Below are positions 38,219 through 47,441 of a DNA stretch of 64,000 nucleotides, one piece after another. A program made the translations under genes and the position numbers. This DNA comes from Bacteriovoracia bacterium (lineage in GTDB: Bacteria; Bdellovibrionota; UBA1018; JBFWNL01): contig JBFWNL010000008.1 in the NCBI GenBank assembly GCA_050251055.1, positions 124,808 through 188,807 on the forward strand. Reading direction: 5' to 3'. The notes below the pieces were generated by a model. The model was not told the origin of the DNA. It searched no databases and worked only from the letters and a program-made list of their open reading frames with translations. Within the stretch, counting starts at the first letter, position 1. Each line of letters opens with the position of its first letter.

Positions 38219-38949
38219 TCGGGTAAGGTGACTTCGATGGTCATGCCGGGCTTCAACGCGTCGTCGGTGTTTTCGAAAGCGACCTTCACCCCGAAGACCA
38301 GGCGCGTTCGTTCGGCTTGGGTTTGTACGTTCTTGGGCGTGAACTCCGCCTCATCGTTGATCTTGCGAATAATCCCGCGAAAGTCACGTTCCAGCTCGGG
38401 GATCCTTCCCACAACGGTCACGCCCGTCTTTAACCGCGACATCACGGCTTGTGGCACATAGATATAGGTCCAGACGTCACGGAGGTCCGCCACGCTCAAG
38501 AGTTTCGCGCCGGGGTTCACCCACTCGCCGGGATCCATGAAGCGATTTAACACCGTTCCATCCACCGGCGATGCGACCTCGCACCAACTCAGCCGCGCGT
38601 CCGATTCCTGCTTGCGGCTACTGAGCTGGTCAAACGCTTCTTGAGAAAGACTGCCGGTAGCCCTTAGCTTGCGGCCACGCTCGAAGTTCTCAGTGGCGAG
38701 CCGGCCAGCGATACGAACCTCTTCGCAAGCCAAGGTGGCAAGCTTCTGGCCCTTTTTCACGGCTTCGCCCTCTTCCACGTTGATTTCGGAAACGACGGTG
38801 GCTACCCGCGCGGGTAGATCGATGCGCGTCGCCTCGATCGTCCCCGCGTAACGAAACGCTGGCTTCCAAAGCCATCGGCTTCCCGCCCAGGCCAGCACGG
38901 CGACGAGGGCGAGCGGGATGAGAATCAGACGCGGATCGCGTTTCTTCAT
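38215..38949 (-). CDS. HlyD family membrane fusion protein (YbhG-like)
   Basis: N-terminal TM; VEEGEAVKKGQ, ASPVDGTV, AEFTPKNVQT and LKPGM motifs. Confidence 0.9.
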   Translation of the reverse strand: MKKRDPRLILIPLALVAVLAWAGSRWLWKPAFRYAGTIEATRIDLPARVATVVSEINVEEGEAVKKGQKLATLACEEVRIAGRLATENFERGRKLRATGSLSQEAFDQLSSRKQESDARLSWCEVASPVDGTVLNRFMDPGEWVNPGAKLLSVADLRDVWTYIYVPQAVMSRLKTGVTVVGRIPELERDFRGIIRKINDEAEFTPKNVQTQAERTRLVFGVKVAFENTDDALKPGMTIEVTLPE

Positions 38950-40229
38950 GGGGACTCCTTAGCCAGGTATTCCAGTTGGTAAATTTGCATCAACGTCTGC
39001 GCGTCGATTCGCGCGCCTTGCACTTGCGCCTCCAGCCACTTCAGGTTGGCCGACTGCACATCCAGCAAGTTCACCCGGCCGGCGCGGTAAGATTGTTCGC
39101 TGAGTTGGACGAGCGACTCGCTAAGCCGGACATTTTTTCCCGCGCTTTCGCGTTGCTGCTTCAAATGCTCGAGACGATTCTCCGCTTTTTCCCAGTCCCG
39201 TTCGAGATCAGACTGGGCCTGGTCGCGGCGGAATCGCCAACCTAACGCTTCGGCGCGTTTTTGGTCGGCCGCGGAACCCGCACGACCCCAATCCAAAAGG
39301 GCCCAGCTCAACGAGATGCCCACGGAGTTCTGATGAATTCGCTCGAGGTTTGGCCCATTCGGATAATCGAGGCTAGTGCGGGCCTGCAGCTGAATGAGTG
39401 GCCACCGGCCAGCGCCCACGCCGTCGGCGGCGAGCTCCGCCGTTTCCGCGAGGTAGTGCTGCGCGCGCAGTTGCGGATGTTCGACGCCAAAGGACGTCAA
39501 CTTCCGGTTGGACTGCGCCACGGCTTCGGCCTCCAGGGCATCCAGCTTCACCTCGACGCCGCCGAACGGCCCTACCCAAGCGCGCAGCTCGGTAAAAGCC
39601 GTATCCAGCTCGCTCTTGCCCTGGGCTTCGCGCAGCTCGAAGCTCGACACCTCGCGCTCGGCATTCAGTAAGTCGATGCGGCTCGCGCTGCCCGCGCGGT
39701 AGCGCGCGGAGATATCCGCATACTGCCGGCGTGCGAACTGGAGCGATTGTTCCACCAGCTCCACCTCTCGCTGCGCGAGTTGCGCTTGAACGTAAGCCTG
39801 ACGGGTGGCGAGCAGGACCTGTCGCTCGGCGGCGGCATGGTCCTGCTCCTTGGCCTGACGGAGCGATTCAAAGCTGCGGTACAAGTTGCGTCCGCTCCCT
39901 TGGTCAAAAAGTGTATAAGTCAAAGTCGGCCCGATGCTGTAATTCTTGTGATCTCCTAGCGGCGTGGAGCCCGCACCGGTGCGGATCTCCGGCACGATAC
40001 TGTTATAGCGATAACTCGCGTCGAGGCTGAGCTTGGGGAAAAGCGTGGCGTACTGGCTGTCGGACTGCCCTACGGCGGCGGCCACATCTTGAGCGACGGC
40101 CTGCAAGCGGGGCGAGCGGGTCCTTGCCCGAGTTTCGGCCTCCTTGCGGGTCAGCGCGACGGGAGCTTCGCGGGTTTCCGCTGGGCTCAGAGGGGAAAAA
40201 AAAGACATCATTACGATTAGTCCAATCAT
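38946..40229 (-). CDS. TolC family outer membrane efflux protein
   Basis: start moved to ATG 40229 (ATGA overlap); FPKLSL, RYRAGSASRIDLL and SYRAGRVNLLDV duplicated OEP motifs. Confidence 0.88.
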   Translation of the reverse strand: MIGLIVMMSFFSPLSPAETREAPVALTRKEAETRARTRSPRLQAVAQDVAAAVGQSDSQYATLFPKLSLDASYRYNSIVPEIRTGAGSTPLGDHKNYSIGPTLTYTLFDQGSGRNLYRSFESLRQAKEQDHAAAERQVLLATRQAYVQAQLAQREVELVEQSLQFARRQYADISARYRAGSASRIDLLNAEREVSSFELREAQGKSELDTAFTELRAWVGPFGGVEVKLDALEAEAVAQSNRKLTSFGVEHPQLRAQHYLAETAELAADGVGAGRWPLIQLQARTSLDYPNGPNLERIHQNSVGISLSWALLDWGRAGSAADQKRAEALGWRFRRDQAQSDLERDWEKAENRLEHLKQQRESAGKNVRLSESLVQLSEQSYRAGRVNLLDVQSANLKWLEAQVQGARIDAQTLMQIYQLEYLAKESP

Positions 40230-40855
40230 GGTCGCAGTCCTCGCATGATGAAATCGACGCGTTTTTCGAAAATGTCCTGAGCGTAGGAATCGGTTTTCAG
40301 AAACGGCTTGAGGAACGCCGGCTTTAACCGCTCGAGCGTGCCGCTGATGAGCGCGGCCGAACCGATATTGGAGAGGCAAAGCATCGCCACTTGAAACGCG
40401 CTCAGATCCTTCCGAATTGCGCCTTCTTTCAACGCGTCCTGAATTGCGTTCAGCATCAGCTTTCCGTGCCGAGGGACGTTCTTAGCCACGAACTGCAGCA
40501 CCAGGCGGTTGCCGGAAAGGACTTCTTTAATGAGGAGCGACACCAGCTCCCGATGCTCGCACACATAGGTGGCCAAAACCTCGAGCAAACGACGCAAGCG
40601 TTCGTGCGAGGACCGCTCGGCGCTCTCGCGATGGGCTTCCTCCTCCAGGCGGGCGAAGAATTCTTCGTAGCACTCCTGCAGGACAAGACGAATGAACTCA
40701 TCCTTCGTCTTGAAGTGGTAGTGAAACATGCCCAGATTCACGCCGGCGGCCTCGGCCACCTGGCGGAGGCTGACTTCGCGAATCCCGTGTTTCACTAGCA
40801 TTTTTCGGCCCGCCTCCAGCAGGCGGCGGTCGGTATGAGTAGACGGGCGGGGCAT
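40226..40855 (-). CDS. TetR/AcrR family transcriptional regulator
   Basis: SLRQVAEAAGVNLGMFHYHFKTKDEF HTH; first gene of the efflux operon. Confidence 0.92.
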   Translation of the reverse strand: MPRPSTHTDRRLLEAGRKMLVKHGIREVSLRQVAEAAGVNLGMFHYHFKTKDEFIRLVLQECYEEFFARLEEEAHRESAERSSHERLRRLLEVLATYVCEHRELVSLLIKEVLSGNRLVLQFVAKNVPRHGKLMLNAIQDALKEGAIRKDLSAFQVAMLCLSNIGSAALISGTLERLKPAFLKPFLKTDSYAQDIFEKRVDFIMRGLRP

Positions 40856-40863
40856 GAGATAAC

Positions 40864-40885
40864 TATACGATCGTATAATTATACG
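40864..40885. promoter_or_regulatory. putative TetR operator (overlapping palindromes)
   Basis: TATACGATCGTATA (40864-40877) and CGTATAATTATACG (40872-40885) just upstream of the tetR start. Confidence 0.7.
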
Positions 40886-40946
40886 TTCAACTAATTATTT
40901 TTATATAATAATTACATATAGTTAATTATTACACAAAATCCCTTAA

Positions 40947-41432
40947 CTAGGATCCCCACGCCCGCGCCTCCGCGAGCGCATCGCGAATGTCGCTGTCCGT
41001 ACCTTGGCCAAAATCACGGGGAATCTCCCCTACGACCACGTCCCGAAGGTTCGCGTTGAGCTGGGCGCGCAACCGTCCCAAAAACTGGGGCTCGGCGATA
41101 AGCACGAGCTCGTTAAACCGCTTCTCATCGAGCCCGATTTGCAGGAAGCGCGTGACCTGCCTGGCGAACTGGCGCGCCACCTCGTCAAACCGCGCTTTGC
41201 GGTCCCCGACCGCGTGATGGATCGTTGTACTCGCGCTGGCAAAGCCACGCCCGACGTCATCAGAGTTAAGCTCACGTGCGCTTCTCAACCCTCGTGGGTT
41301 TACCAGGCGATCAACGAAATGAAATCCCCGGCCCTCTCCCTCGGCGAAAAAAACCGCTTCTCCCCGGTTCGCCATCACGTACCAGCGAACCGCAACCGGC
41401 GCGAAGTATCGGGGGACCACGATTTTTCCCAT
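40947..41432 (-). CDS. host attachment protein family (baeRF12-like)
   Basis: WYVMANRGEAVFF, FARQVTRFL and LVLIAEPQFLGRLRAQL motifs; probable ATG 41432. Confidence 0.8.
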   Translation of the reverse strand: MGKIVVPRYFAPVAVRWYVMANRGEAVFFAEGEGRGFHFVDRLVNPRGLRSARELNSDDVGRGFASASTTIHHAVGDRKARFDEVARQFARQVTRFLQIGLDEKRFNELVLIAEPQFLGRLRAQLNANLRDVVVGEIPRDFGQGTDSDIRDALAEARAWGS

Positions 41433-41436
41433 ATGG

Positions 41437-41892
41437 CTAAGCCGCCTTCTCCGCCGCTCCGGATTTTCCAATGCTGATTTGCCGCGACTTCGGCGCTTCC
41501 GCTTTCGGCACCGTTACACTCAGCACGCCATTGAGAAATTCGGCCGATATCTGCTCCGCCTTCACCGAAGATGGAAGCGTGAACGACCGTTCGAAGGAAC
41601 CGTATAAAATCTCGGAACGAAATTGCGGACTCCGCATGTCTCCTCTGCGTTCTCCACTAACGGTAAGCACGTTGTCTCGCACCTCCACCTTGACTTCGGA
41701 TTGCTTTACTCCCGGCAGATCGAAGTTAATTCGATAAGCTTTTTCAGTCTCTTCGACTTCTGCGGAAGGAGAAAAAAAAACTCCGGGAGAATCGTTGAAC
41801 GCACGATCTATTTGGCGCTGCATACGGGTCAGCTCCCGTAGAGGCCCACCGTTGAGAAAATCCCGGCTAAAAAATGTCGGTAAATTATCCAT
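41437..41892 (-). CDS. Hsp20/alpha-crystallin small heat shock protein
   Basis: DLPGV, LTVSGER, YGSFERSFTLP and FLNGVLSVTVPK motifs; start moved to ATG 41892. Confidence 0.92.
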   Translation of the reverse strand: MDNLPTFFSRDFLNGGPLRELTRMQRQIDRAFNDSPGVFFSPSAEVEETEKAYRINFDLPGVKQSEVKVEVRDNVLTVSGERRGDMRSPQFRSEILYGSFERSFTLPSSVKAEQISAEFLNGVLSVTVPKAEAPKSRQISIGKSGAAEKAA

Positions 41893-41920
41893 AAGCATCT
41901 TTCCTTTCGCTGATAAGAAA

Positions 41921-41936
41921 AGCAATTCGAGTGCCA
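41921..41936 (-). promoter_or_regulatory. sigma-54 promoter of hsp20
   Basis: TGGCACTCGAATTGCT matches the TGGCAC-N5-TTGCW consensus exactly. Confidence 0.8.
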
Positions 41937-41994
41937 GACGTACCGATCCGTGCACGCCGTTCACCGGAGAAGATGTGTCGATTTGACCCACCGC

Positions 41995-42867
41995 TTAGCC
42001 GGCGGTGGTATCGCCACCCAAGAGAGTAAGGATTTCGCCGGTGATATAGTTGGAATCCGCGCCGGATGCGAAAAAAACGTAGGCCGGTGCGACTTCCTCC
42101 GGCTGGGCGGGCCGCCCATAGGGCGTATCTGCGCCGAACTCTTGGATTTCCTTCGGCGTGCGATCGGCGGGATTCAGCGGCGTCCAAACCGGGCCGGGGG
42201 CTACGCAATTCACGCGAATTCCACGCTGTACCATGTTTTTTGCCAGCGACTTTGTGAAGGCGTGGATCGCGCCCTTGGTGGCCGAATAATCCAAAAGCGC
42301 CCCGCTTCCTTCCAGGCCCGTGATTGAACCCGTGTTAATAATCACCGCCCCCGGATTCAGGTGCGGGCTGGCCGCCTTCACCATGTGGAAGTAACCGTGG
42401 ATATTCGTGCGGAAAGTGTGATCCCATTCGGAAACGCTCAGCTCGTCAACATCCTGGTGATGTTGCTGATAAGCGGCGTTATTCACTAAAATATCCAGCC
42501 GACTGAAGTGCTCCACGACGTGCGCGACCGCACGCTCGCAAAACTCATAACGGGTAACATCGCCCGGAAGCAGTAACGCCTCACGGCCCTCTCCTTCAAT
42601 CAGGCGTTGAGTCTCCAGGGCATCGGATTTTTCCGAGGGCAAGTAGACAAGGGCGAGGTCCGCTCCTTCACGAGCGTAAATGAGCGCGACGGCACGGCCA
42701 ATACCGGAATCACCGCCTGTGATAAGCGCGACCTTGTCCTTTAGTTTCCCGGCCGGCCGGTAAGTCTCTGCATAAAAACGCGGACGAGGATTCAACTTCG
42801 ACTCAAGACCTGGTTTGGCAAGCTTTTGCGCGGGAAAAGGGGGATGATTCGGCATGGATCGATTCAT
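41995..42867 (-). CDS. SDR oxidoreductase (YdaD/YhdF general stress type)
   Basis: ITGGDSGIGRA, NNAA, YSATK and VAPGPVWTPL motifs. Confidence 0.92.
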   Translation of the reverse strand: MNRSMPNHPPFPAQKLAKPGLESKLNPRPRFYAETYRPAGKLKDKVALITGGDSGIGRAVALIYAREGADLALVYLPSEKSDALETQRLIEGEGREALLLPGDVTRYEFCERAVAHVVEHFSRLDILVNNAAYQQHHQDVDELSVSEWDHTFRTNIHGYFHMVKAASPHLNPGAVIINTGSITGLEGSGALLDYSATKGAIHAFTKSLAKNMVQRGIRVNCVAPGPVWTPLNPADRTPKEIQEFGADTPYGRPAQPEEVAPAYVFFASGADSNYITGEILTLLGGDTTAG

Positions 42868-42880
42868 GACCTAAGGATTT

Positions 42881-42896
42881 AGCAGCATTCGTGCCG
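42881..42896 (-). promoter_or_regulatory. putative sigma-54 promoter of the SDR gene
   Basis: CGGCACGAATGCTGCT (GG-N10-GC). Confidence 0.65.
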
Positions 42897-42905
42897 GAGG
42901 CGCTT

Positions 42906-42921
42906 CGGCATCGATATTGCA
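42906..42921 (+). promoter_or_regulatory. putative sigma-54 promoter of the membrane protein/ion channel genes
   Basis: CGGCATCGATATTGCA (GG-N10-GC with TTGCA). Confidence 0.65.
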
Positions 42922-42935
42922 AAATTTTTTAGAAA

Positions 42936-43664
42936 ATGCAGAACACGCCAAAACATGTCCACGGTAGCGCAATCCTCGTGGGCTCCGCCATCGGTCTCGC
43001 TCTCCACCTTGCGTTTGCCACCTTGGGCGCCGCCCTCGGATTTTTCGTCCTCGATTTGGTACGCGGCGAAACACCCTCGCCCGCCCTGATTGTCATCGCT
43101 GCGGTCTTCGCCGTTTTGTCCTTGAGCTTGTCATTTTTTGTCGCGGCTTATGTCACCGTGCGTCTCTCTCGGGTGAGTGCGCCTTTCGACGCCCGGATGC
43201 ACGGGCTAGCCTGCTGGGCCGTGATTCTTCTCGTGGCGGGGCTCGCCTTTTCTCGTGGGGCATCTGCGATCGGCGGCTTACTCGCGACCGCGGGATTGGG
43301 AGCGGGATCCGTGGTGACCGTCGGCAGCGTGCTGAAGGAAATCAACGATCTCAAGCCACGCATCGTGACCGACCTCAAGGTGTTCCAAGGAAAAGCGGTG
43401 ACGACATTCGAAACGGGGCCTATAGGCGCCGTGGGCGAAAAAGTGGTCGATAGCGTCAAGCAGGACGTAAACGAACTCGCCACCCAATCCGCCGACAAGC
43501 TTAATCGCGCCCTCATGATCGCCAGTTGGCTAATCGCCTGCGTAATCCTGCTGGGTGGGTTTGCCGCGGTTTACGGAGGGCATCGCGCCGCCCTCCGCGG
43601 CCCCGTGAGCGAAGTACGATCCCTCGTCGACCGAGGCAAGCTTCCGCCAAGAAAACAATTGTGA
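42936..43664 (+). CDS. multi-TM membrane protein, stress-associated type
   Basis: four to five hydrophobic helices; HGLACWAV motif. Confidence 0.7.
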   Translation: MQNTPKHVHGSAILVGSAIGLALHLAFATLGAALGFFVLDLVRGETPSPALIVIAAVFAVLSLSLSFFVAAYVTVRLSRVSAPFDARMHGLACWAVILLVAGLAFSRGASAIGGLLATAGLGAGSVVTVGSVLKEINDLKPRIVTDLKVFQGKAVTTFETGPIGAVGEKVVDSVKQDVNELATQSADKLNRALMIASWLIACVILLGGFAAVYGGHRAALRGPVSEVRSLVDRGKLPPRKQL

Positions 43665-43692
43665 ATTCGCCTGGGCCGCGTATTCTTTTTCC

Positions 43693-44673
43693 ATGACAAA
43701 AAAAATGCGCACTGGCCTCGCCTTCGCGATCCTATCGACGTCGGTCTTCACCACCGCCCCTACTCTGGCTCGAGCGGCGGATCAGGTGGTCGTCGGCGCG
43801 TACATCAACGACATCCCCAACGTGGACGTAAAGACCCATACCTTCGCGCTGGATTTGTATGTCTGGTTCCGCTGGAAGAAGAAGCACCTCAATCCGGCAA
43901 AATCTATCGAGTTCCTGAACCCGTACGAGCTTTGGGCGATGACGCGGACGCAGGACTACGAGGAGCCCATCCTCCTGCCCACGGGCGAGTACTACCAGGT
44001 TGTGCGCTTCCAAGGCAGGTTCAGCCAGAAGATGCATCTGAGGAACTACCCCTTCGACCGGCAAACCCTGAGCGTGGCGTTCGAAGACACCGCCGGCGAA
44101 TCCGCCCAGCTCGCCTACCGCGCCGACGAGAAACCTATCAGCATGAATCCGCAGGTCGAGCTTCCAGGATATAAACTTGGCGAACCGAAGCTGACGGTGT
44201 CCACCGCAAGTTATCCCACCGACTTCGGGGATCCGCGCAGCCGCTCGGATAACGCATTTTCTCGACTTAAGATTGAGATCCCCATTCATCACCCCACCTT
44301 TACTTACCTGATCAAGCTTTTGCTTCCCGTGCTTTGCGTGATTTTCTGCGCGGCTCTGATGTTCCTCCTGAATCCGACCTATGTCGATTCGCGCGTCGGC
44401 ATCGGAATTACTTCGCTCTTAACGGTCGTTGCGCTCCAGATCACCCTCAACGAGGATCTGCCGGAGATCGATTACCTGGTGCTGATGGATAAGATCTACT
44501 TGGGCGCGTACATCTTCATCATTGCCAGCCTCGCGATCGTGGTGAAGACGACCTGGACCCTGGAAAAAGGGAAAGTCCAGCGAGCGATCCAGCTCGATCG
44601 CCTGGGGCTAATCACGTTAACGAGCGGTTTCTTCGTATTTCTCGCGGTGATATTGATTTCCGCCGCGGTTTAA
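43693..44673 (+). CDS. prokaryotic pentameric ligand-gated ion channel (GLIC/ELIC/Cys-loop superfamily)
   Basis: signal peptide; VVVGAYINDI, FALDLYVWFRW and Pro-loop NYPFDRQ; four TMs with M2 RVGIGITSLLTVVA and M2-M3 LPEIDY..MD. Confidence 0.88.
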   Translation: MTKKMRTGLAFAILSTSVFTTAPTLARAADQVVVGAYINDIPNVDVKTHTFALDLYVWFRWKKKHLNPAKSIEFLNPYELWAMTRTQDYEEPILLPTGEYYQVVRFQGRFSQKMHLRNYPFDRQTLSVAFEDTAGESAQLAYRADEKPISMNPQVELPGYKLGEPKLTVSTASYPTDFGDPRSRSDNAFSRLKIEIPIHHPTFTYLIKLLLPVLCVIFCAALMFLLNPTYVDSRVGIGITSLLTVVALQITLNEDLPEIDYLVLMDKIYLGAYIFIIASLAIVVKTTWTLEKGKVQRAIQLDRLGLITLTSGFFVFLAVILISAAV

Positions 44674-46139
44674 CCCTTCGGACTATAAAGGGCGACCGCT
44701 TTCAGCTTGCGAGCGGCGTGGTCGACGATTGGATCGATCGGCGCGTGAAGCGCCTTGCCCTTCAATCCGCTTCTTTCGGGCACGTATCTGCGGACATACT
44801 CCCCTTCGGGGTCGAACTTCTCGCTTTGTAAGGTCGGATTGAAGATACGAAAGTAAGGCTGAGGATCACAACCGGTGGAGGCGGCCCACTGCCAGCCTCC
44901 GTTGTTGGCGGCCAAATCCCCGTCCAATAACTGCTCCATGAAATAACGTTCACCCCACCGCCAGTCGACCAGCAGGTCCTTGGTGAGGAAAGAAGCCACG
45001 ATCATCCGCACGCGGTTATGCATAAAGCCCGTTTGCTTCAGCTCCCGCATGCCCGCGTCAACGATCGGGTAACCCGTTTTTCCCTCCTTCCAAGCCTCAA
45101 ATAAATCCTTCCGGTTTTCCCAGCCGAGATCTTTATACTTCGAAAGGAAGGCCTCATTCTCGACCCGCGGAGCGTGATAAAGAATGTGGTAGTAAAATTC
45201 CCGCCACGCGAGTTCCTTCAGGTACTGAACCGGGCCGCTCACTTTCTTTGGATTTTCGGGACGTAATCCCAGGGTGGCGATCACCTGCGCGGCGGTAAGC
45301 GAGCCATTCTTCAGGAAAATACTCAAGCGAGACGTCCCGGGCATCGCCGGGAAGTCCCGGTTCTCCTGATAGGACGCCAGGCGATCTTTAAACCCGTCGA
45401 GTTGGGCGAGCGCCGCGCGGCTTCCCGCTTCCGGGATTGGGACGGTGACATGCCGAGCGTTTTTTTCCGTGAAAGCGGCCAGTTGATCGGAAAATTCTCC
45501 GCCTGACCCCAATACCTCGGCCCACTTTAAACTAAATATAGGCTTGGCACCGGGGCCACGGGTTGATCTCCGCAGCATCTTCAAGCCTTCGGACTGGGCC
45601 TCGATTCGCGCTTGGATCGCCGGGGTCTTTAGCAAATCGAACCACCGCCGCGCGAAAGGTGAGTAAATTTGGTAAAAATCCCCCGGCTTATCGCGAGTCA
45701 GATCGGCCGGCTCGATCAGGAGATGATCCCGCTCCGTGTGCACGCCCACGCCGAACTCTTGCTCTAAATCCGCCTGCACCTGAGCGTCGCGCGCGCGCGC
45801 AAATGGTTCGTAATCCCGGTTAAAGGTGATGGAGGCGGGCTTCCCCAGCGGCGATTTTTCCAGCGCCCGAATCAAAGCTGCGAATCCTTCGCGCGGCGGC
45901 CGATCAAGTACAAGCAAATCCCCGCCCACTTCCCGCAAGTCTTCCCGCAAGGAGGCCAACGTTTTCAGGAAAAAAGCAAACCGATTATGGGAGAAATCAG
46001 GACGCGCTAAAAAGCTGGAATCGAAGAAAAAAACGCTCAACACCCGTCCCTGATGCCGCTGCCAATTGGCTCGCAACGCGGGATTGCCCGCGACCCGTAA
46101 ATCGCGGCGAAACCAATGGACACCGAAAGGAGTCACCAT
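44670..46139 (-). CDS. phrB: deoxyribodipyrimidine photolyase (class I)
   Basis: WFRRDLRVAGN, GTSRLS, WREFY, TGYPIVDAGMREL, MHNRVRM and NNGGWQW motifs. Confidence 0.9.
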   Translation of the reverse strand: MVTPFGVHWFRRDLRVAGNPALRANWQRHQGRVLSVFFFDSSFLARPDFSHNRFAFFLKTLASLREDLREVGGDLLVLDRPPREGFAALIRALEKSPLGKPASITFNRDYEPFARARDAQVQADLEQEFGVGVHTERDHLLIEPADLTRDKPGDFYQIYSPFARRWFDLLKTPAIQARIEAQSEGLKMLRRSTRGPGAKPIFSLKWAEVLGSGGEFSDQLAAFTEKNARHVTVPIPEAGSRAALAQLDGFKDRLASYQENRDFPAMPGTSRLSIFLKNGSLTAAQVIATLGLRPENPKKVSGPVQYLKELAWREFYYHILYHAPRVENEAFLSKYKDLGWENRKDLFEAWKEGKTGYPIVDAGMRELKQTGFMHNRVRMIVASFLTKDLLVDWRWGERYFMEQLLDGDLAANNGGWQWAASTGCDPQPYFRIFNPTLQSEKFDPEGEYVRRYVPERSGLKGKALHAPIDPIVDHAARKLKAVALYSPKG

Positions 46140-46142
46140 AAC

Positions 46143-47372
46143 TTAGGTTCCTTTTAAGTCTTCCGACGCCGGCCGCGAAGCCGGAAAAGACACGAGAACG
46201 CCGACCCCCAGCAAAAGCGCGGCGGCGAGGTAAGGCGCTCCCAAGGGGCGTAGGCCCTCTGGTCTCGCCACGGCCGCCAAGATTTGCGTGAAAAAAAGAG
46301 GGCCCGCCATACCGGTAATCCCGCGCAAGCTACTCAACGCGCCCTGCAACTGGCCCTGCTCGGTCGGTCCAATTTTTCGCGTCATCAAGGCTTGCATGGC
46401 GGGACCCGCGATCCCCCAAAGCGCCGTGAACAAAATTCCCGTCATGAACACCCCGGAAGTTTCCGCCATGCCAAAGAGCCCGAAACCAATCACTCCCAGC
46501 GAAAGTCCCAATATCAAGGATGTTCGTTCCCCAAATTTCTTTACGGCTTTGCCGACGAGAACGGCGGAAACCAGCGTAGAACAGATTCCCACGGCCGCTA
46601 GCGAAAATCCCACCATCTTCTCGTCCCAGTGATAACGGAAGTGGGTGTAGAGCACGAAGATACTAGGCAAGGACTCGTGGGCCAGGCTGGAGAGAAAAGC
46701 GATGGCGCCCAACCCCAACAGGCCCGCGCGGGATCGCAGCAGCCGAATGGAACCGATGGGGTTGGCGGTTCGCCATGAAAACGGCGCCCGCTTCTCGGGC
46801 GGCAAAGATTCCGGCAGGATGAAATAACCATAGGCGGCGTTCGCGAGGCTGAGCCCGGAAGCCACCCAGAACGGAAGCCGCAGATCCACCGCGCCGAGCA
46901 TGCCGCCGATGGCCGGCCCCACTACGAAACCTAAGCCAAAAGCCGCGCCGAGCATCCCAAACTGCGCCGCGCGCTTCTCGGGCGGGGAAACGTCGGCGAT
47001 GTAGGCGCTAGCGGCCGAAAAGCTTGCCGCGGTGATACCCGAAATCACGCGCCCTACGAAAAGCCACCCCACGGTGGGCGCGAGCGCCATCAAAAGATAA
47101 TCCAAGCCCAACCCGAAGTTGGAAAGCAACACGACCGGCCGCCGGCCAAAGTGATCCGAAAGCGCGCCCACGACGGGCGAAAAGATAAATTGCATCAGGG
47201 CCCAGGCAAATCCGAAAACGCCGGTGATCGCGGCGGCCTTGGCGATGTCGCCGCCTTCGAACTCCACGACAAGCTTCGGCAGCACCGGAACCATGATCCC
47301 CAGCGCCAACATATCCAGCGCGACGGTAATAAAGATGAAAATGAAAGCGGCTCTTCCGGTTTTGGATGGCAA
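46143..47372 (-). CDS. TCR/Tet family MFS transporter
   Basis: LDMLALGIMVPVLP, GALSDHFGRRPV and GFVVGPAIGG motifs; about 12 TM. Confidence 0.9.
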   Translation of the reverse strand: MPSKTGRAAFIFIFITVALDMLALGIMVPVLPKLVVEFEGGDIAKAAAITGVFGFAWALMQFIFSPVVGALSDHFGRRPVVLLSNFGLGLDYLLMALAPTVGWLFVGRVISGITAASFSAASAYIADVSPPEKRAAQFGMLGAAFGLGFVVGPAIGGMLGAVDLRLPFWVASGLSLANAAYGYFILPESLPPEKRAPFSWRTANPIGSIRLLRSRAGLLGLGAIAFLSSLAHESLPSIFVLYTHFRYHWDEKMVGFSLAAVGICSTLVSAVLVGKAVKKFGERTSLILGLSLGVIGFGLFGMAETSGVFMTGILFTALWGIAGPAMQALMTRKIGPTEQGQLQGALSSLRGITGMAGPLFFTQILAAVARPEGLRPLGAPYLAAALLLGVGVLVSFPASRPASEDLKGT

Positions 47373-47441
47373 GCGAAGTTCCTATCGTTTTTTCCTAAAG
47401 TAGCAGGAATTCGGCGGGTCGCCAGCCTTAAAACGTTACGG

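Noticed and set aside
46143-47372. Acquired tetracycline resistance determinant
   Set aside because: It is a generic TCR/Tet-family MFS with no adjacent divergent tetR or mobile element.
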